A stretch of DNA of 58,153 nt from Aquificaceae bacterium (GCA_039630345.1 JBCNVD010000035.1:1-58153); one strand, 5' to 3'. Counted from the stretch's first letter, positions 38,334 through 50,502 are shown. Notes: generated by a model not told the origin, from the letters alone. A program made the numbers and translations.

Positions 38334-40001
38334 ATGGAAGATGTCAAGTGGGTAGTTAGAAGAGTTTTGACCCACTGGCATCTGATTTTGCTTGCGCTCT
38401 TTGGCTCTTTGCTTGAAGGTATAGGCACTTCAGGTATCAGCCTTCTTATGAAGTCTCTCTCAGAGGCTCTTTTGCAAAAAAAGAACACCGGGCAGGTCCT
38501 GGGGGCTGTCGGGCTTTTACTCGTTTTTGTATTTCTTGCCCAGATTGGTAGCTTTTTTGTGAGGTTTTTTACATCTCTATACGCAGAGAGAGAAATGCTG
38601 AGAATCAGGTCAGAAGTATTTAACGTCCTCTTAAATGGTGATTTTAGTAATACACTGAAGCAATCTTCAGGGGATTTTATATCAAACCTGATTTATGACC
38701 TTGGACTTATTCGTAATTTACTAGGGTTATGGGTTATAAAATTGCTGAGAGAACCCATAGTCATAATCGCATTGCTGGGGGTTTTGATTTACAGAGATGC
38801 TATTTTTACGCTTTTTCTTTTGCTATCTTTGCCGGTTATAGTTTTAAGTGTATCCTTTTTTGGCGAAAAGAGGTCAAGGAGTTTAAAAAAATCTCAAACG
38901 GCTTATTCAGAAATATCACAGCGCGTTTTTAGTGCCTTTTCCGGTTTTGAAACCGTCAAATCAATGCAGGCAAGCAAGGCTTTTGAGAGGTTTTTTAACC
39001 ATCTTAGTAAAGAGCTCCAGAGAGCTGGTTTTCGCTCAGAGTTTTATTTTGCTCTCAACTCTGTTTTTAACTTCACTACAGGCTACTTGATAGTTGCGCT
39101 GGTGATAGTTTTTGGTAGCTATCGACTGGCTAGCAATCAGCTAAGTGCAGGCGAGTTTGTATCGTTTTTAATGGCTTTGGTGCTTTTGCAGATGCCACTT
39201 ATGGAGTTTCAAAAAGGACTTCTTGAACTTCGCTCTAATATGCCTGCGATACAAAGAGTTCGCAGGGTTTTAAGTCTCCAGCCTGAACGAAAAGATGGTA
39301 TTATTCTCAGTAGCTCCCCCCTGGATTTTGAAATAACCTCTCTGAGCGTGAATCTTGAGAATTTAGCAGCTTTAAAAGATATCAGCTTAAAAATTCCCTA
39401 TTCGGATCATCTTATAGTGCTTGGAGAGACCGGCTCTGGCAAGAGCACGCTCCTTAGGGTGCTTTCTGGCCTTTTGCCATACAGAGGAAGCGTCCTCATA
39501 GGAGGGTTAGAACTCTCAAGCGTACTCTTATCAGACCTGCGAAGCAGGGTTTTTTTAGTTCCTCAGGAACCTTTCGTCTTTGATGGGACGCTTAGAGAGA
39601 ATCTGACCCTTGGAGAGGATTTTGACTCTATAGAGATTGTCAAAGCCACAAAGCTCGCAAAGTGTGACTTTCTTGGCCTGGAGGATAGATTAAAGCCCTC
39701 TGAGCTATCAGGTGGGGAAAAACAGAGAATCGCGCTTGCGCGCATTTTTTTGAAAAACCCGGATGTTTTATTGCTTGATGAGGCGACCTCTGCCCTTGAT
39801 GAGAAGACTCAGGAGGAGATTCTTCTTAACATTATCAAAGCCTTTGAGAAAAAGACCATCATTGCAGTAGCCCACCGGCTTTCCTTGCTCCGTTACTTTA
39901 AAAGGGCGATAGTTTTAAGAAACGGGAGATTAATTTACGATGGAGATGTTGAAGGCGCAGCATCCGCATTGCTTGATAGACCAAAAACTGCGATACAATA
40001 A
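38334..40001 (+). CDS. ABC exporter, fused permease/ATPase (MsbA-like)
   Basis: TM domain followed by GETGSGKST, LSGGEKQR, LLLDEATSALD, AHRL. Confidence 0.92.
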   Translation: MEDVKWVVRRVLTHWHLILLALFGSLLEGIGTSGISLLMKSLSEALLQKKNTGQVLGAVGLLLVFVFLAQIGSFFVRFFTSLYAEREMLRIRSEVFNVLLNGDFSNTLKQSSGDFISNLIYDLGLIRNLLGLWVIKLLREPIVIIALLGVLIYRDAIFTLFLLLSLPVIVLSVSFFGEKRSRSLKKSQTAYSEISQRVFSAFSGFETVKSMQASKAFERFFNHLSKELQRAGFRSEFYFALNSVFNFTTGYLIVALVIVFGSYRLASNQLSAGEFVSFLMALVLLQMPLMEFQKGLLELRSNMPAIQRVRRVLSLQPERKDGIILSSSPLDFEITSLSVNLENLAALKDISLKIPYSDHLIVLGETGSGKSTLLRVLSGLLPYRGSVLIGGLELSSVLLSDLRSRVFLVPQEPFVFDGTLRENLTLGEDFDSIEIVKATKLAKCDFLGLEDRLKPSELSGGEKQRIALARIFLKNPDVLLLDEATSALDEKTQEEILLNIIKAFEKKTIIAVAHRLSLLRYFKRAIVLRNGRLIYDGDVEGAASALLDRPKTAIQ

Positions 40002-40753
40002 CGGGCACATAATCTTATTACCTGCTCTTTTTCCAAAATAAAGAGTTTATTAGCTTCCAAAAAAATACCGTCAGCCCCTGATTTTGACATCACTTTTATT
40101 GTTTCAGGACCTATTACTGGCATATCTACTCTTGGATCCTGGGTCTTTCTGGCAACTTTTATGACTCTAAAGCCTCTACCAGCTAATTTTGTAGACCTTT
40201 TTATAGTCTCCTGAGTTCCTTCCATTGCCTCCACTGCAACTATTGACTTTTGCTTCACAGTTATGGTCTGACCTATATCCATCTGAGCCAGCTCTTTTGC
40301 GATTTTAAAGCCCCATATACCATCTTCCATGGCCTCAGGTGATGGCTCGCCAGCTATAGTGCCAGATGGGCAAAGGAGCTCTTTCAAAAAGGGCGTCGGG
40401 TCAGGAAAGCAAAAACCAAGAGACTCAAGCCTTTTCATAAAAGTCTCTATCAAACTCCTGGCTCTTCTATCCGGGCTAGAACTCAGAATTTCCATCGCCA
40501 GAGAGTCAAGCTTTAAAGACGGCAAAAATAAATACCCTGGTTCAAACTTTCCTAGCAAAACCAGCTCTCTGCAACCTTCTTTTTCTGCTATATCCACGAG
40601 CTTCTTTACCTCTCCCGGGGCTATTTTGATGCTGGATTTGATACTGGTAATTCCTCTAACGCCAATAACCAAAACCTCTGCCCCAAGGTCTTTAGCACCC
40701 TTTAAAAAAGCCTTTGGAAGGTCCCCTTTGCCCGCAATCAGGGCAATCTTCAT
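39935..40753 (-). CDS. lpxI: UDP-2,3-diacylglucosamine diphosphatase LpxI family
   Basis: [37 protein letters not shown] overlap with folE. Confidence 0.88.
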   Translation of the reverse strand: MKIALIAGKGDLPKAFLKGAKDLGAEVLVIGVRGITSIKSSIKIAPGEVKKLVDIAEKEGCRELVLLGKFEPGYLFLPSLKLDSLAMEILSSSPDRRARSLIETFMKRLESLGFCFPDPTPFLKELLCPSGTIAGEPSPEAMEDGIWGFKIAKELAQMDIGQTITVKQKSIVAVEAMEGTQETIKRSTKLAGRGFRVIKVARKTQDPRVDMPVIGPETIKVMSKSGADGIFLEANKLFILEKEQVIRLCARYCIAVFGLSSNADAAPSTSPS

Positions 40754-41301
40754 CTGCCTATTAGCTTGAGAAATTCCTCTCTGGTTCTTAAGTCTTTCAA
40801 AAAGGCACCTCTGAGGGCAGAGGTTGTGGTAAGATGCCCGGGCGACATCACCCCCCTCATGGACATACACAGATGCTCCATCTCCATAACAACTGCAACC
40901 CCTTTTGGCTTTAGCTTCTGCTCAAGAAAGTCTGCAATCTCGTCAGTTAATCTTTCTTGCACCTGCGGTCTTAAGGAAAACGCTCTTATGGCTCTAACAA
41001 GCTTCGAAAGCCCACATATATAACCATTTGGTATGTAAGCAACATGGGCCTTGCCAAAAAATGGCAAAAGATGATGCTCGCAAAGGGAATAAACCCGGAT
41101 GTCTTTGACCAATACCATCTCGTTATAACTTCCAAACTCTTCAAAAACCTTGAAGTCAAACTCTCGCTGTCTTTCAAATTCTTGCCAAAGACGCACTATT
41201 CTATCTGGGGTTTCTCTAAGGCCCTCCCGATCTGGGTCTTCGCCTATACCTTCTAAAAAAAGTCTTATCGCAGCCCTTATCTTTTCCGGGTTTAATGGCA
41301 C
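40750..41301 (-). CDS. folE: GTP cyclohydrolase I
   Basis: [41 protein letters not shown]. Confidence 0.97.
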   Translation of the reverse strand: MPLNPEKIRAAIRLFLEGIGEDPDREGLRETPDRIVRLWQEFERQREFDFKVFEEFGSYNEMVLVKDIRVYSLCEHHLLPFFGKAHVAYIPNGYICGLSKLVRAIRAFSLRPQVQERLTDEIADFLEQKLKPKGVAVVMEMEHLCMSMRGVMSPGHLTTTSALRGAFLKDLRTREEFLKLIGR

Positions 41302-41339
41302 TTAAGGTATTATAAGTCGCTTATACTTTATTTTTAGCA

Positions 41340-42140
41340 ATGATAGAACTAACTCATCGCGACTATGTGGAGAAACTGGCCATTGAAATCTTTGACGATA
41401 TGTCAAAAAAAGAGCATCTTTTCTATCTGGTTTGCTATATCCAGATAGTAAGGAAAGAGGGGCGATTTCTGGTAGAGCTCAATAGATTTCTCTCCTGCGT
41501 TCGCACTCACATAAAACACGGCAAGTTTAACTGGCGTGATGTCTTGGTTGAACTTGACTTTTTTGTCTTCTGTGACATCTCCGGCAATCAGTTTCTTGGC
41601 AAAGACATCTACTCAATGCCCTCGGACGGGATTATCCTGATTTCAATAAAGACAGAGCTAAGACCTCAGTTTGAGCTGCTTAGCTATAGACTTTTAAAGC
41701 TATGGAGTGTTCTCTCCCGCTGTTTTTTTACAAAAACCCCTCCAGGAATACAGGAATCTCTGACTCTATGCGTCAGTGCATTTAACGAGGGGCTTTACAA
41801 AGAAGCTCTATCTTATGCCAAGATATGCTCAGACAGGTTTAGAGAAGAACCTGAGCTTTTCAGAGCTATTGCAGAACTATGTGAGTTTTATATATTTGGC
41901 TCTGAAGAATCTCTCAGGAGGGCTTATTCCCTTTTAGAAAGCTTTAAGCCTATTTATTTCAGGATAAACACCCGAAGTCTTCGTGAAAATATCATTACTC
42001 TTATAAGGGATATCAACCGTGGGAGACCATGCTGGCCATTAAAGATAGAATACTATACCCAAAGAGAGAGCTTTTTCAAGAAAATAATTGGATACCTGAG
42101 GTATCTTTTTAAAAATGCCCGTAATAAAAGACTTTTCTGA
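41340..42140 (+). CDS. hypothetical protein (helical, possibly DUF309/TPR-like C-terminus)
   Basis: 266-aa ORF leading an overlapping three-gene run; AFNEGLYKEA helix motif. Confidence 0.65.
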   Translation: MIELTHRDYVEKLAIEIFDDMSKKEHLFYLVCYIQIVRKEGRFLVELNRFLSCVRTHIKHGKFNWRDVLVELDFFVFCDISGNQFLGKDIYSMPSDGIILISIKTELRPQFELLSYRLLKLWSVLSRCFFTKTPPGIQESLTLCVSAFNEGLYKEALSYAKICSDRFREEPELFRAIAELCEFYIFGSEESLRRAYSLLESFKPIYFRINTRSLRENIITLIRDINRGRPCWPLKIEYYTQRESFFKKIIGYLRYLFKNARNKRLF

Positions 42141-43233
42141 CCCTATTTATTCCTCTATCAGGGCTTTTGATTGTGAGATAAAGCTAATAGACCATCCTGT
42201 ATTGCAAAGACTCCGCTTTGTAAAGCAGCTGGGACTTGCTTTTTTAGTCTTTCCTTCAGCTCAGCACACTAGGTTTGAGCACTCTTTAGGGACTATGGAA
42301 CTATCTAGCAAGATGGCTCAGCTTGCAGGCATAAAAGACAGGAGAGTAACCTCTTTTCTTAGAATCGCGGGACTTTTACACGATATTGGACATGGACCAT
42401 TTTCTCATACCACAGAAGTCCTCCTTGGTGATAAAAGCCACGAAGATATAGGTCTGAAAGTCTTTTACGAGGAACTTTCGGATCTTTTAAAGAGCTGTGG
42501 CTACAGTGACGAAGAGCTCTCAATAATTGCCTCGCTGGCTTTTAAAAAAGAAGCGCCTTCTGGTATCCCGAGGCTCATAACCGGCGAGTTAGGAGCTGAC
42601 AGGATGGATTATCTAAGGCGCGACGCTTATTTTTGTGCCACTTCGTATGGGTTTTTTGACTATCAGAGAATGCTTAATAACCTGCATGTTATAGGAAATG
42701 GCCTCCTTGGAGTTCATAGTTCAGCCCTTAGAGCTCTTGAGAGTTTTGTGGTTGGTAGATACTTTATGTACTCTCAGGTTTATTTTCATAAAGTTGTGAG
42801 AATTTTAAACCTGCATTTAAAGGAGCTTCTTGAAGAACTATTTAAAGAGGGTATTTTGGACCTTTTGAGTTTTCACAGAATGACAGATGTTCAGGTTTTT
42901 GCCATCTTTTTAAAAGACCTTAACAGAGCTGGCGTTAGGAGAGTGCTCTTTAGAGAGCACTTCAGGCAGGTTTTTGCAACCAGCTCTGATGCGGAGTTTG
43001 AATATACGCGCTCGAGGATGCTTGAAAGATACGACGAAAAAGACCTGCGCTTTGACTTTGCAAAAAAGAGCGTTTTGGACGAGGATATTATGATAATAGA
43101 CGGCAAGCGAACCTCAAGCGTTCGTCAAACTTCCGATATCCTTAGAGGTCTTCGCGATATTTCGGTTTTTAGAATTTACATAAAGCCGTCTCTAAAGGAG
43201 GAGGCGAAAACTTTTGTTCAAAAGCTCTCTTGA
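42115..43233 (+). CDS. HD-domain phosphohydrolase (SAMHD1/dNTPase-like)
   Basis: QRLR.VKQLG, HTRFEHSLG, LLHDIGHGPFSH, ADRMDYL.RD, MY.QVYFHK. Confidence 0.92.
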   Translation: MPVIKDFSDPIYSSIRAFDCEIKLIDHPVLQRLRFVKQLGLAFLVFPSAQHTRFEHSLGTMELSSKMAQLAGIKDRRVTSFLRIAGLLHDIGHGPFSHTTEVLLGDKSHEDIGLKVFYEELSDLLKSCGYSDEELSIIASLAFKKEAPSGIPRLITGELGADRMDYLRRDAYFCATSYGFFDYQRMLNNLHVIGNGLLGVHSSALRALESFVVGRYFMYSQVYFHKVVRILNLHLKELLEELFKEGILDLLSFHRMTDVQVFAIFLKDLNRAGVRRVLFREHFRQVFATSSDAEFEYTRSRMLERYDEKDLRFDFAKKSVLDEDIMIIDGKRTSSVRQTSDILRGLRDISVFRIYIKPSLKEEAKTFVQKLS

Positions 43234-45133
43234 TAGCAACAGGGTAATAGCTCTATTGCTGGTCCACTCGGCCTGTGCGATAGGTCTTTTTTCGCTTTTT
43301 TGGTTTTTAAAAACTGGCTTTTTCCTGCCTTTTGTTGTTCTTTATGCTATTGGTGTTTTTTTTGATTACAAAAACACATATCCAATCAGGAGATTCATTC
43401 TAAATGTTTTGGCTGTTGTTTTGAGTCTTTATTTTATCTCACAAGCCAGCCTGGAGGATTTGATAACCCCTTTTGCTAGCTTGATTACTCTTATGCTCTC
43501 GATTAAAAGCCTTGAGGAAAAAAGACCGAGAGATTTATATCAGATGTTGCTACTTAGCCTGCTTGCTGTTGCCACTTCTACTGCCCTTAGCATCAGTATA
43601 TCTTTTCTGCCTATTTTTTTAATGCACGTTTATGTTAGTATACTCGCACTTATTTTCATAAATTTATATCGTGAAAATCCTAAAGGTAAATTAAGCACTT
43701 CAGAGCAAAAACTTTATGTTCTGGCAGGTTCTATTTTATTTGTAGCAGTTTTTATAGGTTCTGTTCCGTTTTTTTATCTTTTGCCAAGGACACAAACTCC
43801 ACTTTTTAATTTAGTTTCTCAAAAAGGTGGTCTAAAGTCTGGTCTTAGTGAGAATGTAGAGCTTGGAAAGGTTGGTGAAATTCAGGACGATAACAGCGTG
43901 GTTATGAGAGTGTTTGGCTTGTCCCAGACGCTAAAAGACCCATACTGGCGAGCTTTTGTTTTTGACAGCTTCGATGGAAAGATGTGGCTAAAAACTAGTG
44001 AGGAAGTGGCTCAGCTACCGGCTAAATTTGAGGCAGAGATTACTTACAGTGTTATTCTCGAGCCCGGGTATTCAAACATTATCCCTGCACTTGATTATCC
44101 TGTGATGGTTGAATCCATTCAGGGAGTTCCTGCCAAAGGATTTCTTGTGACTGGCAATAATCTGCGTTTTGATAGAGAAATCTCAAGGAGTGTTAAGCTA
44201 AGTATAAGGTCAAGCTCAAGATTGCCTCTTCAGGAAAGCCCTGAGAGATACATAGCTGTTCCTGAAAATACGCCAAGAGGTATAAAACTCCTTGCAAACG
44301 AGCTATCTGAGGCTACAAAGAGCGATGAGGAAAAGCTAGGGCGAGTAATTGAGTACTTTTCAAAGGGTTTTTCCTATAGCAAGGATTTAGGACCATACCA
44401 GGGAGATCCTCTCGAGCATTTTCTTTTTGTCTCAAAAAGGGGAAATTGTGAGTATTATGCAAGCTCTACAGCACTCCTCCTTAGACTTATGGGAATTCCT
44501 GCCAGAGTTGTTGGTGGGTTTAAAGGGGCTCTTTATAATCCATACGGCAATTATCATGTCGTTACTAACTCCATGGCGCATGTGTGGGTTGAGGCTTATA
44601 TAAATGGTCAGTGGCTTAGAGTGGATACCACACCTGCTTATTCACCGCAGGCGCTTAATCAGATATCGACTTTCGCCCTTTTACACGATTATCTGGTGAA
44701 TTTTTGGTACGAAAATGTTGTAGGTTTTGATACAAAGCGTCAGATTTCTCTCTTTAGAGAATTAAGACAGAGTCTTACTGGATGGCGTTCTTTTGAAGGC
44801 GCAAACCAGGCTTTTGAAAACTTGATGGTTATTCTTTTAATCCCTGCAGGGTTTTATCTAATCTTGCAAACTTATTTAAAGAGCAGAAAGACGCCGGAGA
44901 ATTTATATAGAGAGCTAAAGCGCTTTTTAAAATCAAGGGGTCTAATCACAGACGAGCTTTTGCCAGAGCACCTTCTTGCTAAAGTTTCCAAAAGCCCTTA
45001 TTACGATGGGTCTTTGTATATTGTTAGGTTATATCAAAAAAAGCGTTTTTCTCAGTATAAAGTTTTCAAAAGCGAGGTTATAGAAGGTTATAAAATCCTT
45101 AAAAGCCTCAAGAATATTTCTGGTCGCTCCTGA
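43214..45133 (+). CDS. membrane transglutaminase-like protein (TgpA/DUF3488)
   Basis: N-terminal TMs, [37 protein letters not shown]. Confidence 0.9.
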   Translation: MFKSSLDSNRVIALLLVHSACAIGLFSLFWFLKTGFFLPFVVLYAIGVFFDYKNTYPIRRFILNVLAVVLSLYFISQASLEDLITPFASLITLMLSIKSLEEKRPRDLYQMLLLSLLAVATSTALSISISFLPIFLMHVYVSILALIFINLYRENPKGKLSTSEQKLYVLAGSILFVAVFIGSVPFFYLLPRTQTPLFNLVSQKGGLKSGLSENVELGKVGEIQDDNSVVMRVFGLSQTLKDPYWRAFVFDSFDGKMWLKTSEEVAQLPAKFEAEITYSVILEPGYSNIIPALDYPVMVESIQGVPAKGFLVTGNNLRFDREISRSVKLSIRSSSRLPLQESPERYIAVPENTPRGIKLLANELSEATKSDEEKLGRVIEYFSKGFSYSKDLGPYQGDPLEHFLFVSKRGNCEYYASSTALLLRLMGIPARVVGGFKGALYNPYGNYHVVTNSMAHVWVEAYINGQWLRVDTTPAYSPQALNQISTFALLHDYLVNFWYENVVGFDTKRQISLFRELRQSLTGWRSFEGANQAFENLMVILLIPAGFYLILQTYLKSRKTPENLYRELKRFLKSRGLITDELLPEHLLAKVSKSPYYDGSLYIVRLYQKKRFSQYKVFKSEVIEGYKILKSLKNISGRS

Positions 45134-45488
45134 CAGTGATAACAGTGTGGACATTTCCCCTGGGGTTAAAATCCCCTACAACTTTTAAAAACCTGGGGTT
45201 TAAGAGCTCATACAGTGTTTTGTATATTTGATTCGTTGCTTCTTCGTGCGATATGTAAACTTCCCTGAAAGAATTCAGCCATAATTTAAGTGATTTAAGC
45301 TCGACGATTTTTTCGTCTGGAATGTAACTTATTTTTATAGTTGCAAAGTCTGGATATCCCGAGCGAGGGCAAAGACATGTAAACTCCGGGTATGAAATCT
45401 CTATCATGTAATCACGCTCTGGTGCTGGATTTATCCAGCTCTCAAGTTTTGCATTCCTTATAAGGGCTTCTCCATACTTTTCCTGCAT
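45108..45488 (-). CDS. queF: NADPH-dependent preQ0 reductase
   Basis: [30 protein letters not shown]. Confidence 0.96.
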   Translation of the reverse strand: MQEKYGEALIRNAKLESWINPAPERDYMIEISYPEFTCLCPRSGYPDFATIKISYIPDEKIVELKSLKLWLNSFREVYISHEEATNQIYKTLYELLNPRFLKVVGDFNPRGNVHTVITVRSDQKYS

Positions 45489-45533
45489 AATTTAAAATTT
45501 AATATCGCCCGAAGGGCGGTTTATAATCTTTAT

Positions 45534-45863
45534 ATGGGTGTTTATTTGGGGGCTTTAATTACCTGCCCGGCTAATAAAGCCCAGGAGATCGCTACGCTAA
45601 TAATCGAGGAAAGACTCGGAGCCTGCGTTAATGTTATTGAGAGAGTGCACTCTATCTATAGATGGCAGGGCAAGGTCGTAAGAGACGAGGAGAGCCTTCT
45701 GATTGTCAAAACAAGCGCCGAGCGCTTTGACGAGCTTATAAAAAGGGTCAAGGAGGTGCACCCTTACACAGTTCCGGAAATCATAGCCTTCCCGCTCGTT
45801 GGGGGAAATTTAGATTATCTTAATTGGATTGACGAATGCGTGGCTCGCCAGAGCTCCGCCTGA
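45534..45863 (+). CDS. cutA: divalent-cation tolerance protein CutA
   Basis: LGACVN, SIYRWQG, HPY.VPEI, YL.W. Confidence 0.94.
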   Translation: MGVYLGALITCPANKAQEIATLIIEERLGACVNVIERVHSIYRWQGKVVRDEESLLIVKTSAERFDELIKRVKEVHPYTVPEIIAFPLVGGNLDYLNWIDECVARQSSA

Positions 45864-47317
45864 TAGACGAAGTTTCGACAATCCTTGGACGCACACCTGA
45901 GTTTGAGAAAGCCCTCGAGCAGGTTTTGAAGGTTTTGTATTCTTACTGGAATGTGCGCTATAGCTATGTTGCGTTCGTGGAGAGCTCTGAAAAGCTAAGA
46001 ATCATTCGCTCTTTTGGAATAGATAAGGAGCTTGCCAAAAGGATAGTCTTTGCCCGTGGCGAAGGTGTTGTCGGGAAGGTCTTTAAAGACGGCGTGCCTG
46101 TTGTTCTTTCTGATATGAGCCTTGGGGTTTTTCTAAACAAAACTGGTATGAAAGACCGCCTTAGAGAAGGAGAGGCGTTTGTGGCAATTCCGATAATCGT
46201 TGAGGGTAAGGTAGCAGGCGTTCTGGCAGTCTTTAAGGATTTTTCAAAAGAGAGTATTGAAAAGGCAGTCGGAGTTTTGAAAGTCATAGCCTCTATGCTT
46301 GGTATGCTATATAGACTCGAGCAATTTCTAAAGAGCGAAAAAAGTCTCTGGGAAGAGGAAAAGCAGGCTCTAAAGACCACCATTCTTGAAAGAGAGCGCT
46401 TTGATGCAATTATCGGTAAAAGCCCCGCTATAGAGAGACTTCTTGAGATAATTAATAAACTTGCCAAAACTGAGGCAAATGTTCTTATAACCGGGGAGAG
46501 CGGCACCGGAAAAGGACTCGTTGCCAGGGCTTTGCACTTTCTTGGGCCCAGGAGAGAAAAGCCTTTTTTGACAATCAACTGCAGTGCAATTCCTGAAGCC
46601 TTGCTTGAGGCAGAGCTCTTTGGATTCGAAAAGGGTGCTTTCACAGGCGCTTACACTACCAAAAGGGGCAAGTTTGAGCTAGCAAGCGGAGGGACTATAT
46701 TCCTTGACGAAATAGCAGACATGCCTCTTAATTTGCAGCCCAAACTCCTAAGAGTTTTGCAGGAGCGAGAGTTTGAGCGCCTTGGCAGTGAAAAGACTAT
46801 CAAAGTAGATGTAAGGGTAGTTTCTGCCACCAATAAAGACCTTCACAGACTTATTGCCCAGGGGAGCTTTAGAGAAGACCTTTACTATCGCCTGAATGTA
46901 GTGCCTATTAGAGTTCCGCCACTAAGGGAGCGAAAGGAAGACATACCACTTCTTATAGAGCACTTTATAAACATCCACAATAGGCGCTACTTTAAAAAAG
47001 TAAGTATATCCTCTGCGGCTATTGAGGCCTTTATAAACTATCCCTGGCCGGGAAATGTCAGAGAACTAGAAAATATAGTAGAACGCCTGGTGATTTTAAA
47101 AGACGGCATTATTCAGCCTTCGGATTTGCCCTCTTATATGCAGTCTTCTCTCTCCACTGGTGGTTTTTCTGGTTCTTTAGACCTTAATGAAGTAGAGCTT
47201 ATTAAAGTAGCCCTGGAAAAAACAGGCTTTGTGAAATCAAGAGCTGCAAAGCTCCTTGGTATGACCCTTCGCCAGCTTGACTACAGGATAAAGAAGTATC
47301 GCATTGAGATAAAGTAG
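45836..47317 (+). CDS. NifA-like sigma54 enhancer-binding protein (GAF-AAA+-HTH)
   Basis: GAF domain, GESGTGK, GAFTGA, FLDEI, WPGNVREL, C-terminal Fis-type HTH. Confidence 0.93.
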   Translation: MRGSPELRLIDEVSTILGRTPEFEKALEQVLKVLYSYWNVRYSYVAFVESSEKLRIIRSFGIDKELAKRIVFARGEGVVGKVFKDGVPVVLSDMSLGVFLNKTGMKDRLREGEAFVAIPIIVEGKVAGVLAVFKDFSKESIEKAVGVLKVIASMLGMLYRLEQFLKSEKSLWEEEKQALKTTILERERFDAIIGKSPAIERLLEIINKLAKTEANVLITGESGTGKGLVARALHFLGPRREKPFLTINCSAIPEALLEAELFGFEKGAFTGAYTTKRGKFELASGGTIFLDEIADMPLNLQPKLLRVLQEREFERLGSEKTIKVDVRVVSATNKDLHRLIAQGSFREDLYYRLNVVPIRVPPLRERKEDIPLLIEHFINIHNRRYFKKVSISSAAIEAFINYPWPGNVRELENIVERLVILKDGIIQPSDLPSYMQSSLSTGGFSGSLDLNEVELIKVALEKTGFVKSRAAKLLGMTLRQLDYRIKKYRIEIK

Positions 47318-47334
47318 TATCTTTTTAACATTCT

Positions 47335-47783
<449 letters not shown>

Positions 47784-47796
47784 AAGGAGGTAAGTT

Positions 47797-49206
47797 ATGC
47801 AAAAATTCACCCCAGCTGATATCCTCGAGCTAATCAGGCGAGAGGACATTAAATTTGTAGACCTTAGATTCACCGACCTCTTTGGTCAGCTCCAGCACCT
47901 AACTGTGCCTGCTTATGAAATCTCAGAAGAGACTTTCGAGTCAGGAAGAGGTTTTGACGGCTCTTCTATAAGAGGCTGGCAATCTATAAACGAATCTGAC
48001 ATGCTTGCAGTTCCAGACCCCTCTACCGCCTTTATAGACCCATTTTACGCTGAAAAGACCCTTGTTATGTTTTGCGACATTTATGACCCTATTACTCGCC
48101 AGCGCTACCTGAGAGATACAAGATATGTCGCCCAGAAGGCAAGCGAATATCTAAAGCAAACAGGCATAGGGGATGTCGCATACTTTGGGCCAGAAGCCGA
48201 GTTTTTCATCCTTGATTCTATCGCCTTTGGCACAAGTGGTCGCTCTGCTTTCTGGGAGGTTGATTCCGAGGAGGGCTGGTGGAACAGAGAAGTCCCTTCA
48301 GCGGGGTATAAAATACCCAACAAGCGAGGCTATTTCCCCGTGCCCCCCTTGGATAAGTTTCAAGACATAAGAAGCGAAATGGTCCGCCATATGTCCCAGA
48401 TAGGCATCCATGTAGAACTCCACCATCACGAGGTAGCCTCCGCAGGTCAGGGTGAGATAGACATAAGATACGACGAGCTTATCTCCCAGGCTGATAAGCT
48501 ACTTATTTACAAGTATGTCGTTCGCTCGGTAGCTGCCAAATATGGCAAGTTTGCAACCTTTATGCCAAAGGTCTTGCCAAACGACAACGGCTCTGGGATG
48601 CACACTCACTTCTCCATCTGGAAAAACGGTCAAAACATCTTTGCAGGTAATAACTACGCAGGCCTTTCTGAAACTGCCCTTTTTGCAATAGGGGGAATTC
48701 TAAAGCACGGGCCTGCACTCACTGCCCTTACAAACCCGACGATTAATTCCTACCACAGACTCGTCCCGGGCTTTGAAGCGCCCGTAAGACTTGCATACTC
48801 TGCAAGAAACCGCTCTGCAGCTATACGCATCCCGATGTATTCAGCCTCCCCAAAGGCAAAGCGCATAGAGATCCGATTCCCGGACCCTACATGCAACCCC
48901 TATCTTGCCTTTTCCGCAATTCTAATGGCAGCAATAGACGGCATTCAAAACCGAATCCATCCGGGTGAGCCGCTTGATAAGGACATATACTCTCTCCCTC
49001 CCGAAGAGCTTGCAAATGTAGCACAGCTCCCTGGCTCTTTAGAGGACTCTCTCAAGGCCTTGCAATCCGACAGCGACTTTCTCCTGCGCGGCGGGGTCTT
49101 TACCGAAGAACTCCTTTCGGTCTGGATAGACTCTAAGAAAAAGGAAATAGACGAACTTAGGTTCATCCCCCATCCCAAGGAATTTGAGCTCTATTTTGAT
49201 ATGTAA
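47797..49206 (+). CDS. glnA: glutamine synthetase type I
   Basis: FDGSSI.GW, HHHEVA..GQ.EI, TFMPK...DNGSGMH.H, RLVPGFEAP, NRSA.IRIP. Confidence 0.98.
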   Translation: MQKFTPADILELIRREDIKFVDLRFTDLFGQLQHLTVPAYEISEETFESGRGFDGSSIRGWQSINESDMLAVPDPSTAFIDPFYAEKTLVMFCDIYDPITRQRYLRDTRYVAQKASEYLKQTGIGDVAYFGPEAEFFILDSIAFGTSGRSAFWEVDSEEGWWNREVPSAGYKIPNKRGYFPVPPLDKFQDIRSEMVRHMSQIGIHVELHHHEVASAGQGEIDIRYDELISQADKLLIYKYVVRSVAAKYGKFATFMPKVLPNDNGSGMHTHFSIWKNGQNIFAGNNYAGLSETALFAIGGILKHGPALTALTNPTINSYHRLVPGFEAPVRLAYSARNRSAAIRIPMYSASPKAKRIEIRFPDPTCNPYLAFSAILMAAIDGIQNRIHPGEPLDKDIYSLPPEELANVAQLPGSLEDSLKALQSDSDFLLRGGVFTEELLSVWIDSKKKEIDELRFIPHPKEFELYFDM

Positions 49207-49217
49207 AACTTCAAAGC

Positions 49218-49236
49218 GCGCCCCTTTCAGGGGCGC
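49218..49236. terminator. GC-rich hairpin after glnA
   Basis: GCGCCCCT-TTC-AGGGGCGC; no U-tract on the + strand. Confidence 0.5.
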
Positions 49237-49256
49237 AAAGATGTTAGAATTAGCCT

Positions 49257-50006
49257 GTGATTAAAATAGACTTAAGCGATAAAGTTGCCCTAATTACCGG
49301 AGCAACCCGCGGAATTGGTTATGAGATTGCAAAAACTTTAATGTCTGCCGGCGCAAGCGCAATAATCTCTGGCACAAATCAGGAAAGTGCTTCAAATGTG
49401 GCAAAAGAGCTCTCGGATCTAACAGGCGCCAAAGCATTTGGCTTTAGATTAGACCTCTCAAATTTAGAAAGCGTAAGTGAGTTTGTGTCTTTGGTTGAAA
49501 CATCTGTCGGGTTTCCAGACATTCTTGTAAATAACGCCGGTATAACGCGCGATACTCTGATGCTTAGAATGAGCTTTGAAGATTGGAAAAAGGTTATAGA
49601 TGTCAACCTAAATGGAACTTTTTTAATAACCTCAGCGGTTATAAAAAGCATGCTAAAGCGTCGCTGGGGAAGGATAATAAACATCTCTTCAGTAGTTGGC
49701 TTTACGGGCAATTTTGGTCAAACTAACTACTCTGCAAGCAAGTCAGCCCTTATTGGCTTTACCAAAAGTCTTGCCAAAGAACTAGCAAGCAGGAACATCA
49801 CTGTCAACTTAGTTGCGCCGGGGTTTATACAAACCGACATGACCAAAGACCTGCCTCAGAACTTAAAAGAGCAATACCTTTCTCAAATACCTCTCGGACG
49901 CTTTGGAAAGCCAGAAGATGTTGCCCCCTTGATTGCTTTTCTCTGCTCTGATTTTGCATCCTATATAACCGGTCAGATTTTTCATGTAAATGGTGGCATG
50001 TACTAA
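49257..50006 (+). CDS. fabG: 3-oxoacyl-ACP reductase
   Basis: [40 protein letters not shown]. Confidence 0.93.
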   Translation: MIKIDLSDKVALITGATRGIGYEIAKTLMSAGASAIISGTNQESASNVAKELSDLTGAKAFGFRLDLSNLESVSEFVSLVETSVGFPDILVNNAGITRDTLMLRMSFEDWKKVIDVNLNGTFLITSAVIKSMLKRRWGRIINISSVVGFTGNFGQTNYSASKSALIGFTKSLAKELASRNITVNLVAPGFIQTDMTKDLPQNLKEQYLSQIPLGRFGKPEDVAPLIAFLCSDFASYITGQIFHVNGGMY

Positions 50007-50502
50007 GATCTATCTTGCTCTTGGTAGCAATCTTGGAGATAGGATAAATTACATAATTCAAGCAATTGACGCTCTAAGCAGCTTTTTAAAGCTTAAAAAA
50101 GTCTCAACAGTTTACAAAAACCCCCCCTGGGGCATAACTTCTCAGCCCGAATTTCTAAATTGCGTGGCTGAATTTGAAACTACTTTGCCCCCTTTTGAGC
50201 TTCTTAAAGCTTTAAAAGAGCTTGAAAAATCCCTTGGCAGGATAGAAAGAGAGCGCTGGGGACCAAGAGAGATAGATATAGATATACTCCTCTATGGTGA
50301 GACTGTTGTCAATCACGAAGAGCTTAAAATTCCGCATCCTTACCTTAACTCAAGAGACTTTTTCCTCATTCCTCTTGTTGAAATCTCAGAAGATCTTTAT
50401 CATCCTGTGAGTAAAAAGCCCTTAAAGAGCTATATAGACAAAAACTCTCTTTGTGAGCCTTTTGCGTGCATTTACCAGCGAAGTTCGTTGCGTTTTGTAT
50501 AG
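49990..50502 (+). CDS. folK: 2-amino-4-hydroxy-6-hydroxymethyldihydropteridine diphosphokinase
   Basis: [28 protein letters not shown]. Confidence 0.95.
   Translation: MVACTKIYLALGSNLGDRINYIIQAIDALSSFLKLKKVSTVYKNPPWGITSQPEFLNCVAEFETTLPPFELLKALKELEKSLGRIERERWGPREIDIDILLYGETVVNHEELKIPHPYLNSRDFFLIPLVEISEDLYHPVSKKPLKSYIDKNSLCEPFACIYQRSSLRFV

Noticed and set aside
40754..40870. N-terminal extension of lpxI given by the ORF track
   Set aside because: It lies inside folE; the natural start is the ATGA overlap at 40753.
45505..45519. CGCCC-GAA-GGGCG hairpin as a third copy of the GTAG repeat
   Set aside because: It lacks the GGGGGGTAG leader and G6/C6 stem; it is only a short hairpin in the queF/cutA divergent promoter region.
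45964..46644. 226-aa antisense ORF within the NifA-like gene, and similar short antisense or alternate-frame ORFs throughout
   Set aside because: Fully nested opposite well-supported genes, Ser/Leu/Phe-rich with no motifs; typical shadow ORFs.
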